Below are positions 1 through 9,092 of a stretch of DNA of 64,000 bases, piece after piece. The translations under genes and the position numbers were made by a program. Positions within the stretch are counted from its first letter, which is position 1. Each line of letters begins with the position of its first letter. Under the pieces are notes generated by a model. The model did not search any database and had not been told where the DNA came from. It saw only the letters and a list, made by a program, of their open reading frames with translations. This DNA is from Bdellovibrionales bacterium (GTDB lineage Bacteria; Bdellovibrionota; Bdellovibrionia; Bdellovibrionales; JAGQZY01), in contig CAXRHT010000003.1 in the NCBI GenBank assembly GCA_964230645.1, positions 192,001 through 256,000 of the forward strand, given 5' to 3'.

Positions 1-2
1 TT

Positions 3-1037
3 AATTTTCCAGCTCACTTACCGAACGGACATATCGTTCCGGCCCTTGTCACAGGAAACTGTGTGGTTTTTAAGCCTTCAGAATTTACACCCGCCACTGC
101 TCAATTAATGGCTGAGTGTTATCAAGAAGCCGGCGTGCCTGAAGGTGTTTTTAATCTTGTGCAAGGAAATGGAGAGGTGGGGCGCCGCCTGGTTACTCAT
201 AAAAAAGTGGATGGGATTCTCTTTACAGGCTCCTATGAGACAGGACTGAAAATCACAGAGTCGACAGTACAAGACTACTGGAAAATAAGAGCCCTCGAAA
301 TGGGGGGTAAGAACTCAACGATTGTTTGGAAGGACGCTGATCTAGAAAAATCAGTCTACGAAAGTTTGATTGGAGTTTACCTCTCAGCCGGTCAAAGATG
401 CTCATGCACCTCAAGAATATTTCTTCATCCAGAAATTTCAGAGGCTTTCACTGAAATGTTTTATAAGAAAGCCAAGAAGTTAACGATTGGTCACTGGTCG
501 GAAGACCCATTTATGGGACCGCTCATCAATGAAAAGTCTCTTGATACTTACGTTCGCTTTCAAGATATTGCCGTCCGCGAAGGGGCTGAGAAAATCATGA
601 GAGGAAAAGCTCTAGAGCTTGATTATAAAGGGTACTATGTCACTCCCAGTATCTATAAAGTAAAAAATTATGATCCTCAGTCGACTTACCAAAACACTGA
701 AATTTTCGGACCCAACGCGGCTCTTTATGAGGTTTCAGAACTTGAAGAGGCCATTAAAATCACCAACGACAGTGGATTTGGATTGTCCATGGCTATTTTT
801 ACCAAAGAAAAAGAAAATTACCAGAAGTGTTTGCAGAAAGCTAAAGTAGGACTTCTCAACTGGAATCGGACTACAAATGGGGCCAGTTCCAAGCTTCCTT
901 TTGGAGGCTATGGTAAATCAGGGAATGATCGTCCATCAGCTCACTTTGCCGTCTACTACTGTACTCGCCCGGTAGCCTCCATTGAGGACACGGGTCAATT
1001 CGATCCGAAAAAGACATTTCCTGGAATGAATTGGTAA
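3..1037 (+). CDS. astD: Aldehyde dehydrogenase, succinylglutamate-semialdehyde dehydrogenase (AstD)-like; 5' end lies outside the window
   Basis: Frame is open from base 3: NFPAHLPNGHIVPALVTGNCVVFKP, FTGS, LEMGGKN, GQRCS (catalytic Cys), EIFGP, GASSKLPFGGYGKSGNDRPSA, the AstD-type C-terminal signature. Confidence 0.75.
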   Translation, partial: NFPAHLPNGHIVPALVTGNCVVFKPSEFTPATAQLMAECYQEAGVPEGVFNLVQGNGEVGRRLVTHKKVDGILFTGSYETGLKITESTVQDYWKIRALEMGGKNSTIVWKDADLEKSVYESLIGVYLSAGQRCSCTSRIFLHPEISEAFTEMFYKKAKKLTIGHWSEDPFMGPLINEKSLDTYVRFQDIAVREGAEKIMRGKALELDYKGYYVTPSIYKVKNYDPQSTYQNTEIFGPNAALYEVSELEEAIKITNDSGFGLSMAIFTKEKENYQKCLQKAKVGLLNWNRTTNGASSKLPFGGYGKSGNDRPSAHFAVYYCTRPVASIEDTGQFDPKKTFPGMNW

Positions 1038-1039
1038 CA

Positions 1040-2086
1040 ATGAAGAAGCTTCTTGTCCTCGTTCTATTTATTGTCGTGATTGTTGTCGGAGCTAAGGTCG
1101 CTCTCCAACTCTATACCAATAAAACTTTAGGACTTAATTCACCTACTATTATCATGATTGATAAGGGCTCAAGTCTAACCCGAGTGGCACAATCTCTATC
1201 CGAAAAGGGGATCATTCAGTATCCCCGCCTTTTCGTAAAAGTTGGGCAATTTTATGGTTATGAATCTATTAAGTATGGAGAGTACGAGTTAAAGCCCTCC
1301 GAAACCTATATGGAGGTTTTAAAAAAGATTGTCAGTGGTGATAACTATAAATATGAGATCACTTTTATTGAAGGTGAACATATGTATCGGTACGCTGAGC
1401 AGCTTGAGGCCAGTGGTCTGACGACAAGGGAGAAGTTTCTCAATCTTGTGCGAAATCAAAAATTTATCATGAGTCTTTTGGGAGAGGCGTTGCCGAGTTT
1501 AGAAGGTTATCTTTTTCCTGAAACCTATCATTTCTCCAAGGTGGACGGGGTTCGAGTGATCGTGTCGACGATGGTGAAAAACTTCTTAGAGGAAACTAAG
1601 GATATAAATTTTCAAAACACAGGGCTTTCTCGCCACGAAACGATTACTCTAGCCAGTATTGTCGAAAAAGAAACAGGAGCGCCTTTTGAAAGGCCACTGA
1701 TTTCCTCCGTTTTCCACAATCGAATGAAAAAACGTATGCGGTTACAAACAGATCCAACAATTATTTACGGTATATTGGATAGCACCGGGAAAGAGCCCAA
1801 AAATATTCGTAAAAAAGATATAACGGCTCGAACCTCTTACAATACTTATGTGATCAGTGGACTCCCTCCAGGGCCCATAGGAAATCCAGGAATTGAGTCC
1901 ATTAGAGCTGCCATCAAACCGGCGGAATCAGAGTTTCTTTATTTCGTCAGCCAAAATGATGGAACTCACAAATTTACAAAGAGCTACAAGGCTCACCTCA
2001 AAGCTGTTGAAAAGTTTCAATTAGATCCAAAAATGCGTGAAGGTAAGTCTTGGCGAGATTTGAAAAAGAGGAACGCTCATCAATGA
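1040..2086 (+). CDS. mltG: Endolytic transglycosylase MltG (YceG family)
   Basis: N-terminal TM; LEGYLFPETY, LASIVEKET, LQTDPT, YNTY..GLPPGPIGNPG, LYFV motifs. Confidence 0.95.
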   Translation: MKKLLVLVLFIVVIVVGAKVALQLYTNKTLGLNSPTIIMIDKGSSLTRVAQSLSEKGIIQYPRLFVKVGQFYGYESIKYGEYELKPSETYMEVLKKIVSGDNYKYEITFIEGEHMYRYAEQLEASGLTTREKFLNLVRNQKFIMSLLGEALPSLEGYLFPETYHFSKVDGVRVIVSTMVKNFLEETKDINFQNTGLSRHETITLASIVEKETGAPFERPLISSVFHNRMKKRMRLQTDPTIIYGILDSTGKEPKNIRKKDITARTSYNTYVISGLPPGPIGNPGIESIRAAIKPAESEFLYFVSQNDGTHKFTKSYKAHLKAVEKFQLDPKMREGKSWRDLKKRNAHQ

Positions 2087-2517
2087 AGTACGGCATCGTT
2101 CTTTTCCTGATCTCAATAGTGGCCTCTTTTATTCTTTTGAATCCGAAGATTAAATCAAAAACTCTGGAAATCTTTGTCGGTACGGGTAGGGAAGTCCTCT
2201 CTCAGCTGATCATGGAACGTTCGGGGCAAGAGTATAAGATTTTAAAAGTGAAAACCACCGATGGGCTTCTTGTTGAAGTCTATAAGGTCAGTGAGGACGA
2301 TCACTTTCTCCTTTTAGACTCGCAAGCACTGACTGATAAAAAAGACGCGTATTATAAATTTGGGGAAAAGAAACATAACCTCTTCCTCAAAGATATCAAT
2401 GAAGATGGGCAGCCGGAAATTATCCTGCCTTCCCTGGATAAGAATATGAAGGCGCGCTTAAACGTCTTTCTATTTGATCCGGTATCGGAAACATTGCAGA
2501 AAGTCACACAGCACTAG
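2083..2517 (+). CDS. Hypothetical membrane-anchored protein with an FG-GAP/Ca-binding-like DINEDGQPEI motif
   Basis: ATGA overlap with the mltG stop; N-terminal hydrophobic segment. Confidence 0.7.
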   Translation: MKYGIVLFLISIVASFILLNPKIKSKTLEIFVGTGREVLSQLIMERSGQEYKILKVKTTDGLLVEVYKVSEDDHFLLLDSQALTDKKDAYYKFGEKKHNLFLKDINEDGQPEIILPSLDKNMKARLNVFLFDPVSETLQKVTQH

Positions 2518-2518
2518 T

Positions 2519-2720
2519 ACCTAAAAAGACGAGTGGGGGCCCCTCAAAGCTCATAGGGTTGGGAAACTCCTGGCCTCTCGGCATGCCGACGGGTGCACTT
2601 CGTCTCCCGTCCTGCGCCATTTCATGTCGCAGGCCAAGATACGCAGCGCTCGCGGCTCGAGCCGAGTGTCCAGGAGTTTCCCAACCCTATGACCTTTGAG
2701 GGGTCGTCTTTGTATTAGGT
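2519..2720 (+). repeat. Long hairpin element, copy 1: 34-bp inverted arms (2540-2573 / 2670-2703) around an 84-nt core (2580-2663) shared with 33896-33979
   Basis: cccctcaaagctcatagggttgggaaactcctgg ... ccaggagtttcccaaccctatgacctttgagggg (1 mismatch); outer extensions aaagacga/tcgtcttt and acctaa/ttaggt; lies between convergent genes. Confidence 0.95.
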
Positions 2721-2725
2721 TTGGT

Positions 2726-3406
2726 CTACTTCAACTTTGTTATAAATGAGAAATTGCGGCCGCGTCGCCAGGGGTTTCTTCGGTGGGAATAGTGGAAGGG
2801 GCTTGTGTGGGTGTTTATTGGGCTTTCTTGGACTTCTACTTTTTCAATCGAGTTTATTTCTCTTTTTAGAATTCCTTTTAGATCTATGTAGTAATGATTT
2901 CGTTTATCCAGAGATTGGGTAATGAGTTCTAGTTTTGTTGCGGTTTTTAGACTTAGATTGTGGGGTGATAGTAGATTCTTTGTGAACTCTTCGTTTAGCT
3001 GGAAAGAGGTTTTATGGATATGGGGGCCTATAAAAACTTTTGAGTCTTTGATTGAGTTAATTTCTTTTGTGGCTTCAGAGAAGATCTTTTTCATAAGGCC
3101 TCTCCAGCCAATATGGATGGCTGTGATGGTTTCTTTTTGGCTTATGAAAACGGGGAGGCAGTCGGCGGTTTGGATGAACAAAGGTGTGTTGCTATCTTTG
3201 CTAAAGTGTCCATCTGCCTTGGTTTTTTTTGAACTGGCCTTTATTACAAGATTGCCGTGTATTTGGTGGAGGAAGTGGGCTTGGTTTGGGAAATTAGTTT
3301 CTTTGAAACTTTCGTTTCCAAAAAAAATGATATTGTTTTGGTGGCGGTGGAATTCGCCTTTTTGACCAAGCTTTTCAAATAAATTCAGAGAATCCTGCTT
3401 TTTCAT
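2726..3406 (-). CDS. pgeF: YfiH/PgeF laccase-domain (purine nucleoside phosphorylase-like) protein
   Basis: QIHG, ADG, TADCLPV, HIGWRG, GPHI motifs; usual position next to rluD. Confidence 0.85.
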   Translation of the reverse strand: MKKQDSLNLFEKLGQKGEFHRHQNNIIFFGNESFKETNFPNQAHFLHQIHGNLVIKASSKKTKADGHFSKDSNTPLFIQTADCLPVFISQKETITAIHIGWRGLMKKIFSEATKEINSIKDSKVFIGPHIHKTSFQLNEEFTKNLLSPHNLSLKTATKLELITQSLDKRNHYYIDLKGILKREINSIEKVEVQESPINTHTSPFHYSHRRNPWRRGRNFSFITKLK

Positions 3407-4343
3407 AAAGGAATTTTAAATCATCTGGGATTTTAGAATCAAATATCATTTCTTTTTTTGTTTTGGGATGGATGAAGCCTAATTCCTTTGCGTGTAGGGC
3501 GAATCGAGTCATCTCCAGAATGTGGCGTTTTAGTTCTTGGTTTTTTAAGTTCTTTGCGACCTTCATTCCATTATAGGTGTCATCACCTACAATTGGATTG
3601 GACTGACTGGAAAGGTGAACTCGGATTTGATGGGTGCGTCCCGTCTCTAGCTGTAGTTCGAAAAGTTGAAAAGGAGAGTTTTTTGCCAGTGTTTTAAAGT
3701 GGGTCACGGCGTGTTTTCCTTCTTCACGGTCGTTTATTTTAAATCTCTGACGATTTCTTGGGTCTCTTGCGATATAGGTCTCGATAGTACCACTCTCTAG
3801 TGGTTGATGGGAAAAGCAAAGAGCCCAATATTTGCGGTGAATACTTTTTCGCTTAAACTGTTTTGCTAGGATTTCGTGGGATTCTTTGTTTTTTGCTAAA
3901 ACTAGGAGTCCGCTTGTGCCTTTATCGATTCTGTGGACAAGGCCGGGTCTAAAATCGTCGCTACCGGGTGAGAGTTGGGTTTTACGGTGAAGAAGGGCGT
4001 TGATGAGAGTATCGGATTCGTGGCCGTAGGAGGGATGCACAACCAATCCACCTGGCTTGTTAATAATAATAACATCGTCGTCTTCATAGGTAATATCTAA
4101 TGGGAAGTCATAGGGTAGGAGCTCTAAATCTCGCTTCTCGGGAACCAAGACCTCTAAGTCATCTCCGGATTGTAGTTGGTAGGACGATTTTTCAGTTTTG
4201 CCGTTAACGAAAACTTTCTTTTCAGACACTAGTTTTTGAGCTTTTGATCTTGATTGGCAGACACCGGCTGTGGTGAGGCCCACATCCAGCCTCTGGCCAT
4301 GAAGGGTTGCTGCAACCTTTAGTTTTTTGCGGACTTCATGCAT
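3375..4343 (-). CDS. rluD: 23S rRNA pseudouridine synthase, RluA/RluD family
   Basis: S4 domain, NKPGGLVVHP, VHRIDKGTSG, LETGRTHQIRVH, LHA motifs. Confidence 0.92.
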   Translation of the reverse strand: MHEVRKKLKVAATLHGQRLDVGLTTAGVCQSRSKAQKLVSEKKVFVNGKTEKSSYQLQSGDDLEVLVPEKRDLELLPYDFPLDITYEDDDVIIINKPGGLVVHPSYGHESDTLINALLHRKTQLSPGSDDFRPGLVHRIDKGTSGLLVLAKNKESHEILAKQFKRKSIHRKYWALCFSHQPLESGTIETYIARDPRNRQRFKINDREEGKHAVTHFKTLAKNSPFQLFELQLETGRTHQIRVHLSSQSNPIVGDDTYNGMKVAKNLKNQELKRHILEMTRFALHAKELGFIHPKTKKEMIFDSKIPDDLKFLYEKAGFSEFI

Positions 4344-4977
4344 TTTTTAAAATAGACATGAAAGAAGGAACGACTTTGCTTTCATCTAAATCAAGTATGC
4401 GGCAGTATTGAATAATATAACCTCTAACGAAAACAGGGGCTGGTAGTACAGAGAAATTGTTGTTTTCGATCGCGTACAGGTGACGAATTGCAATACATGT
4501 CGCCTGAGAGAATTGATTGAGCCCTATATTTTTATACTCTCTGACCTTCTTTAGGAAAAGGCCGTCAAAAAGATCTTGAGAGGCTATGAGTTCTTCCATC
4601 TTATTTTTAACTTCGTACTGACTTAATTTTGTGCGGGCAAAACCTTCCGGAAGGGGAGTTTCATTTAAAGTATCGATCGAGGCTCGTTTGGCGTCCTTTT
4701 TCTCTGTGATTTCAAAGCCTGGTAGAGCGGGATTTATTTTGTCCTGTAACTCAAGATCATATTCTCTACGAGCATTCGGGGAGCCAATCACTCGATAAGC
4801 CTCTTCGATAAGATCTAACCAATCCTGGGCTTCTTCTTCGGAGAACACATTGAAAAGTTGAGTATTATTTAATGAAAATGTTTCTTGAGCTTCTTTATAG
4901 GCTTTAAAAATTCGATGTTGATCCGCCGTTGGGGGGACATCGAGTATTTCATAATAATTCAGTGCTTCCGTGCTCAT
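4336..4977 (-). CDS. J-domain-like N-terminus fused to a RodZ-type (Cro/C1) HTH domain
   Basis: YYEILDV...AY...IEEAYRVIG..RREYD (J-like, no HPD); LKKVREYKNIGL...YAIEN..F..LPAPVFVRGYIIQYCRILDLD (RodZ HTH). ATG 4977 chosen as start. Confidence 0.75.
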   Translation of the reverse strand: MSTEALNYYEILDVPPTADQHRIFKAYKEAQETFSLNNTQLFNVFSEEEAQDWLDLIEEAYRVIGSPNARREYDLELQDKINPALPGFEITEKKDAKRASIDTLNETPLPEGFARTKLSQYEVKNKMEELIASQDLFDGLFLKKVREYKNIGLNQFSQATCIAIRHLYAIENNNFSVLPAPVFVRGYIIQYCRILDLDESKVVPSFMSILKNA

Positions 4978-5074
4978 AACTAAAAGAGTAGCATAAGGAA
5001 ACAGCTGAGCGGAAATATCGTTAACATAGCGAACGCAGAGCGTAAATCTCGCCATTAGTCTAGGTGAGTTTCTT

Positions 5075-5758
5075 CTAACTGTTTTGTTTTAATTTTTCCT
5101 CGGGTGCGGAGGCTTTAATATATAGAGGTTGTACTTGGTTCCAAGTGAGTGAACCTTTATTTAAACAAAAATTATCTTTTCCAAAAAGTTTTTTTAAGTC
5201 CATCTTCAACCACTCTGGCTGGCTTTTTAACTTTTTTAAAAGCTCCTGATCTAGAACATTTTTATATTTATCAAGACCATGTCCACAATAGTAAATCGAC
5301 CCGTTAATTAGAGTATGCAATTCTTTTATTGGAACAACCTTGTTGGAAATTATGGAAACGCGTTTATCCTGTTTCCACGAATAAGTGGAACAAAATACAG
5401 AATTTTTTTGGGCGTCGATCAATGAAACAATTGGGTGGTCGGATTTGGTACAGTTCATCGCCAGTAAATCCAAGCTATTGACAGGAAAGATAGGGACGGC
5501 GTTTACATAGGCTAGGGTTTTAGCAAAACTTACTCCGACTCTCAAACCAGTAAAGCTCCCAGGGCCAACCACACAGTAGAGATTTTTAATTTCAGCACTT
5601 TCAATATTATGCTTATTTAAAAGATTTTCAAACTCAGAGGTTATGACTTCACTGTGAGAGCTTTGTCCTTCCCAGAGAACCTCATCAATGATCTTTTTAT
5701 TTTCGGTAAGAAGCAGCTGACCTCTTTTGTCAGCTGTGTTTATAGCTAATTCTTTCAT
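5075..5758 (-). CDS. tsaB: tRNA threonylcarbamoyladenosine biosynthesis protein TsaB
   Basis: LAINTA, HSE, GPGSFTGLRVG, IDA, PLYI motifs. Confidence 0.92.
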   Translation of the reverse strand: MKELAINTADKRGQLLLTENKKIIDEVLWEGQSSHSEVITSEFENLLNKHNIESAEIKNLYCVVGPGSFTGLRVGVSFAKTLAYVNAVPIFPVNSLDLLAMNCTKSDHPIVSLIDAQKNSVFCSTYSWKQDKRVSIISNKVVPIKELHTLINGSIYYCGHGLDKYKNVLDQELLKKLKSQPEWLKMDLKKLFGKDNFCLNKGSLTWNQVQPLYIKASAPEEKLKQNS

Positions 5759-7422
5759 GACCCAAAGATACGAGAAAAGTCATTAAAGAGCGCAAAAGCC
5801 ATAAGAAAAAGAATTATCAAGAAGCCAACCTGCTGAGCCATTTCTATTTTCTTAAGACTTAAAGGGGCCCCTTTAATAGCTTCAAGAGTGAAAATAAGGA
5901 GGTGGCCTCCATCGAGGATCGGAATGGGAAACAAATTAATGATAAACAAATTAATAGAAATAATGGCCATCATTTTTAAAAATGCGTTAAGTCCAATACT
6001 CCAACTCTTCTGGGCCACCTGTCCTATGGAAATGATTCCAGAAATATTCTTTGAAGAAACACGGTTTTGAACGATTCGTACAAAGCTCATGATCGTGACA
6101 TTGGTCCAACGCAGTGTTTGCTCCCATGACCGAGTTAGAGCTTCACCTAAGCTATCTGACTTCCATTGGAAACTTTTAGGAGCCATAAAAAGAGTGGGGA
6201 TCACACCAATAGTGAAACGGTTCTCAGTTTCTCCGTACCGACCTTCCAACTCGTTCATTTTAGGAACCATTTGAAAAGTTTCGGCCTTATTGTCTCGGAT
6301 CACTTTAATATCTAAGGGTCCTTGCCCTTGCTCGTAGGAGCTAACGTTGGCAACGATATCATCAAATGAGATTATCTTTTCACCATTTATGCTCACAATT
6401 CTATCAAGCCTTTTAAGGCCCGCTTTATCGGCGGGGCTATCTTCCTGAACCTCTGCAATGACAGTTTCAGGCACGAACATATCGAGCTTGTGGTCAGTGA
6501 AGTTTTTAGCCTCTAGTTTGAAACTATGTTCATTAAACTTTTTATTCTCCCTGAAATCAGGGAAACGGTGAATTTTCAAAGAGACCTCAGGAGCACCATT
6601 GTAGAGAGCCTCCATAATCATCGGTTCAATGTCTTTGTACCATTCCACCGACTCGCCATTGACTTCAACAATGCGGTCTCCTGTGCGTAAACCAGCCTGG
6701 AAGAGGTCTCCGCCATAGTCGATGCCTACAATTGGAAAGTGTAGGTTACTGTGGAGACCTTTTATTTTTCCAATTTTATCGGCCGTGGAAAAAAGATTAT
6801 CGTTTTCACTTTTAACAGCCTTCGTAGCAAGGGTGATTTCTTTTTCATCACGAATCATCGCAAAACTTAGGGTTTCTCCCCCTGAGTTTTCGATAACTTC
6901 TTTTACCTCATCCCAGGTATTAACCTTCACTCCGTCAATTTTATTGATGTGATCAAAGGGGCGAAAGCCCTCGGAGTAGGCCCGGGAGTTTTCAGCAATT
7001 TCACCCACCTCGGGAGCTAGCGCTTTATCGCCAATGAAAGCGATCATGACAAAAAGAACGGCCGCAAAAAATAAGTTCATCAGTGGCCCGGCCAGAGTAA
7101 TAACAATTCGCTGCCCGACTGGTTTATGAAGATAGGACTGCTTCTTTTGCTCTTCGGGAATGTCCTTACCGGGTTCATCCCCATACATTTTGACATAACC
7201 ACCAAGTGGCAGAGCCGAAACACAGTACACGGTTTCTTTATGTAAAAATTTGATGATTTTTGGTCCGAATCCAAGACTAAAAGTTTCGACCCGAACCCCA
7301 TAAAATTTAGCCGCAAGAAAATGTCCCAGTTCATGAACAAAAACCAAAAGTCCAAGAAGGACAATCATGGGAATAATGTAGGCTAATCCTTGATTTAGTA
7401 TTCCAGAAAGAGCTTCAAACAT
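5755..7422 (-). CDS. rseP: RIP metalloprotease RseP with multiple PDZ domains
   Basis: HELGH, FSLGFG, PLGGYVKM, AGPLMN, NLFPIPILDGGH. Confidence 0.95.
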   Translation of the reverse strand: MFEALSGILNQGLAYIIPMIVLLGLLVFVHELGHFLAAKFYGVRVETFSLGFGPKIIKFLHKETVYCVSALPLGGYVKMYGDEPGKDIPEEQKKQSYLHKPVGQRIVITLAGPLMNLFFAAVLFVMIAFIGDKALAPEVGEIAENSRAYSEGFRPFDHINKIDGVKVNTWDEVKEVIENSGGETLSFAMIRDEKEITLATKAVKSENDNLFSTADKIGKIKGLHSNLHFPIVGIDYGGDLFQAGLRTGDRIVEVNGESVEWYKDIEPMIMEALYNGAPEVSLKIHRFPDFRENKKFNEHSFKLEAKNFTDHKLDMFVPETVIAEVQEDSPADKAGLKRLDRIVSINGEKIISFDDIVANVSSYEQGQGPLDIKVIRDNKAETFQMVPKMNELEGRYGETENRFTIGVIPTLFMAPKSFQWKSDSLGEALTRSWEQTLRWTNVTIMSFVRIVQNRVSSKNISGIISIGQVAQKSWSIGLNAFLKMMAIISINLFIINLFPIPILDGGHLLIFTLEAIKGAPLSLKKIEMAQQVGFLIILFLMAFALFNDFSRIFGS

Positions 7423-7515
7423 CGTTAAATATTAACACAGAATAATTGGACTGACTCGCATAATCGCACACTGTACCAAAGTCTGAAGGAGAAAGAGAAT
7501 TTGTTTTAGAGGCTT

Positions 7516-8301
7516 TTAGATGTAGGCTTGCATCCAGATATAGACCACTGGCGCGGCAAACAATAAACCGTCTATGCGGTCTAAAACTCCGCCGTGCCCC
7601 GGGAGAAGTTTGCCAGAATCTTTTACTCCAGAATATCTTTTAATTGTGGACTCAAAAAGGTCTCCCACTTGGCTAAATAGTGAGGCGGCCAGACAGGTTA
7701 AAGCGATTATCCAACTGGGGCTTGAATGGTTGAGGCTTGAAAGATACCAGTAACCAATGAGGCTACCGACAACGAGGCCGACACCGGCCCCTTCCACAGT
7801 CTTTTTCGGAGAAATTTTAGGGGCGAGGGGGTGTTTGCCAAAAGCTCTTCCACCTAGGTAAGCGAAAGTGTCTGTGCAGAAACTCAATATTAAAAGGGCC
7901 ACAAAATAGGAGCCACCGTAATTAAGCACTGCTACGGTGACGGTTCCAGTAAAGGCCCCAGCGTACAACAAACCCACAGTCCAGCTCGTCAACTTTGCCA
8001 CACGTATTGGGATCGACTCGTGATTACAAAGTATAAAATAGGCCACCAGTAAAATGAAAAAGCTCATAAATGTGAGAAAAGACTGGGAATAAAAAGTGAA
8101 CATGAGGAAGAAGGAGTAGGAAAGAATAACAAAGAGGCTTTTTACCATCCGACTGTGCTTCTCGACCATAAAAGAGAATTCACAGCAAGCAATAAAGGTA
8201 ATAATACAACAGACGTAGACTAGCCCCTTATTGGCAAAAAAATACCAAGTGGCAATTAATGTGGAAACTCCAATGAGAGCGGAAAGTGCTCGAATAAACA
8301 T
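7516..8301 (-). CDS. cdsA: Phosphatidate cytidylyltransferase
   Basis: DTFAY, SPKKTVEG, GDLFESTIKR..GVKDSGKLLPGHGGVLDRIDG. Confidence 0.95.
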   Translation of the reverse strand: MFIRALSALIGVSTLIATWYFFANKGLVYVCCIITFIACCEFSFMVEKHSRMVKSLFVILSYSFFLMFTFYSQSFLTFMSFFILLVAYFILCNHESIPIRVAKLTSWTVGLLYAGAFTGTVTVAVLNYGGSYFVALLILSFCTDTFAYLGGRAFGKHPLAPKISPKKTVEGAGVGLVVGSLIGYWYLSSLNHSSPSWIIALTCLAASLFSQVGDLFESTIKRYSGVKDSGKLLPGHGGVLDRIDGLLFAAPVVYIWMQAYI

Positions 8302-8342
8302 GATCTTCCCCCAAGGTGATCATCAAATTCAAAAAACGATGC

Positions 8343-9092
8343 TTAAGAGAGTTGAGAGTTTGCGGGCTCAGCCGCTTGAGAGGTTGTCTTTCCGAAGCGT
8401 CGTTCTCTGTTTCTGTAGGAAGCTAATGCCATCTCCAGATCTTGTGTTTTAAAGTCAGGCCATAATACATTACTAAAATAAAGTTCTGTATAAACACTTT
8501 GCCATGGTAAAAAATTGGACAATCGCCACTCACCACTGGTGCGAATCATTAGGTCGGGATCAGGAAGGGGAGCTGTCTGTAACATGCCACTTATAAGCTC
8601 TTCATTAATGTCATGAAGACCAATTTTTCCATCTTTAGCCAGTGAAGCAATATTTTTGACTGCTTGAGTGATTTCCTGACGGCCACCGTAGCTGAGCGCA
8701 AATGTCAAAACGAGACCTGAATTTTCGGCGGTGGCCTGCATGGTGGTTTCAACCTGTTTGCGAATGTCGTTAGGAATTTTATCGAGCTGACCAATACAAC
8801 GAAATCGAATATTGTTTTTGATCATTCGCTTCCGCTCTCGCACGATGTAACGAGAGAGCAGTCTCATTAAAAAATTGACCTCTTCTTGAGGTCTGCCCCA
8901 GTTCTCTTCACTGAAAGCATACAAAGTGAGAGCTTTGGTTTTTATTTGAACACAATGCTCAACCATTTTTTTTGCAACTCGAGCTCCCTTAATATGCCCA
9001 AAAACACGGTCCCGGCGGCGAGCTTTTGCCCAACGGCCGTTACCGTCCATAATAATGGCAATATGTTGAGGGTTCCTGTTGCTATCAATCAT
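8343..9092 (-). CDS. uppS: Undecaprenyl diphosphate synthase
   Basis: IMDGNGRWA, FSEENWGRP, YGGRQE, RTSGEWRLSNF, RRFG. Confidence 0.97.
   Translation of the reverse strand: MIDSNRNPQHIAIIMDGNGRWAKARRRDRVFGHIKGARVAKKMVEHCVQIKTKALTLYAFSEENWGRPQEEVNFLMRLLSRYIVRERKRMIKNNIRFRCIGQLDKIPNDIRKQVETTMQATAENSGLVLTFALSYGGRQEITQAVKNIASLAKDGKIGLHDINEELISGMLQTAPLPDPDLMIRTSGEWRLSNFLPWQSVYTELYFSNVLWPDFKTQDLEMALASYRNRERRFGKTTSQAAEPANSQLS

Noticed and set aside
2519..2720. Hairpin element as a tRNA, SRP RNA, 6S RNA or simple terminator
   Set aside because: No cloverleaf or T-loop and no SRP GGAA-tetraloop motif. It occurs twice with unrelated arms, is far longer than a terminator, and copy 2 sits behind an already complete terminator. 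A Rfam search is still needed to exclude other families.
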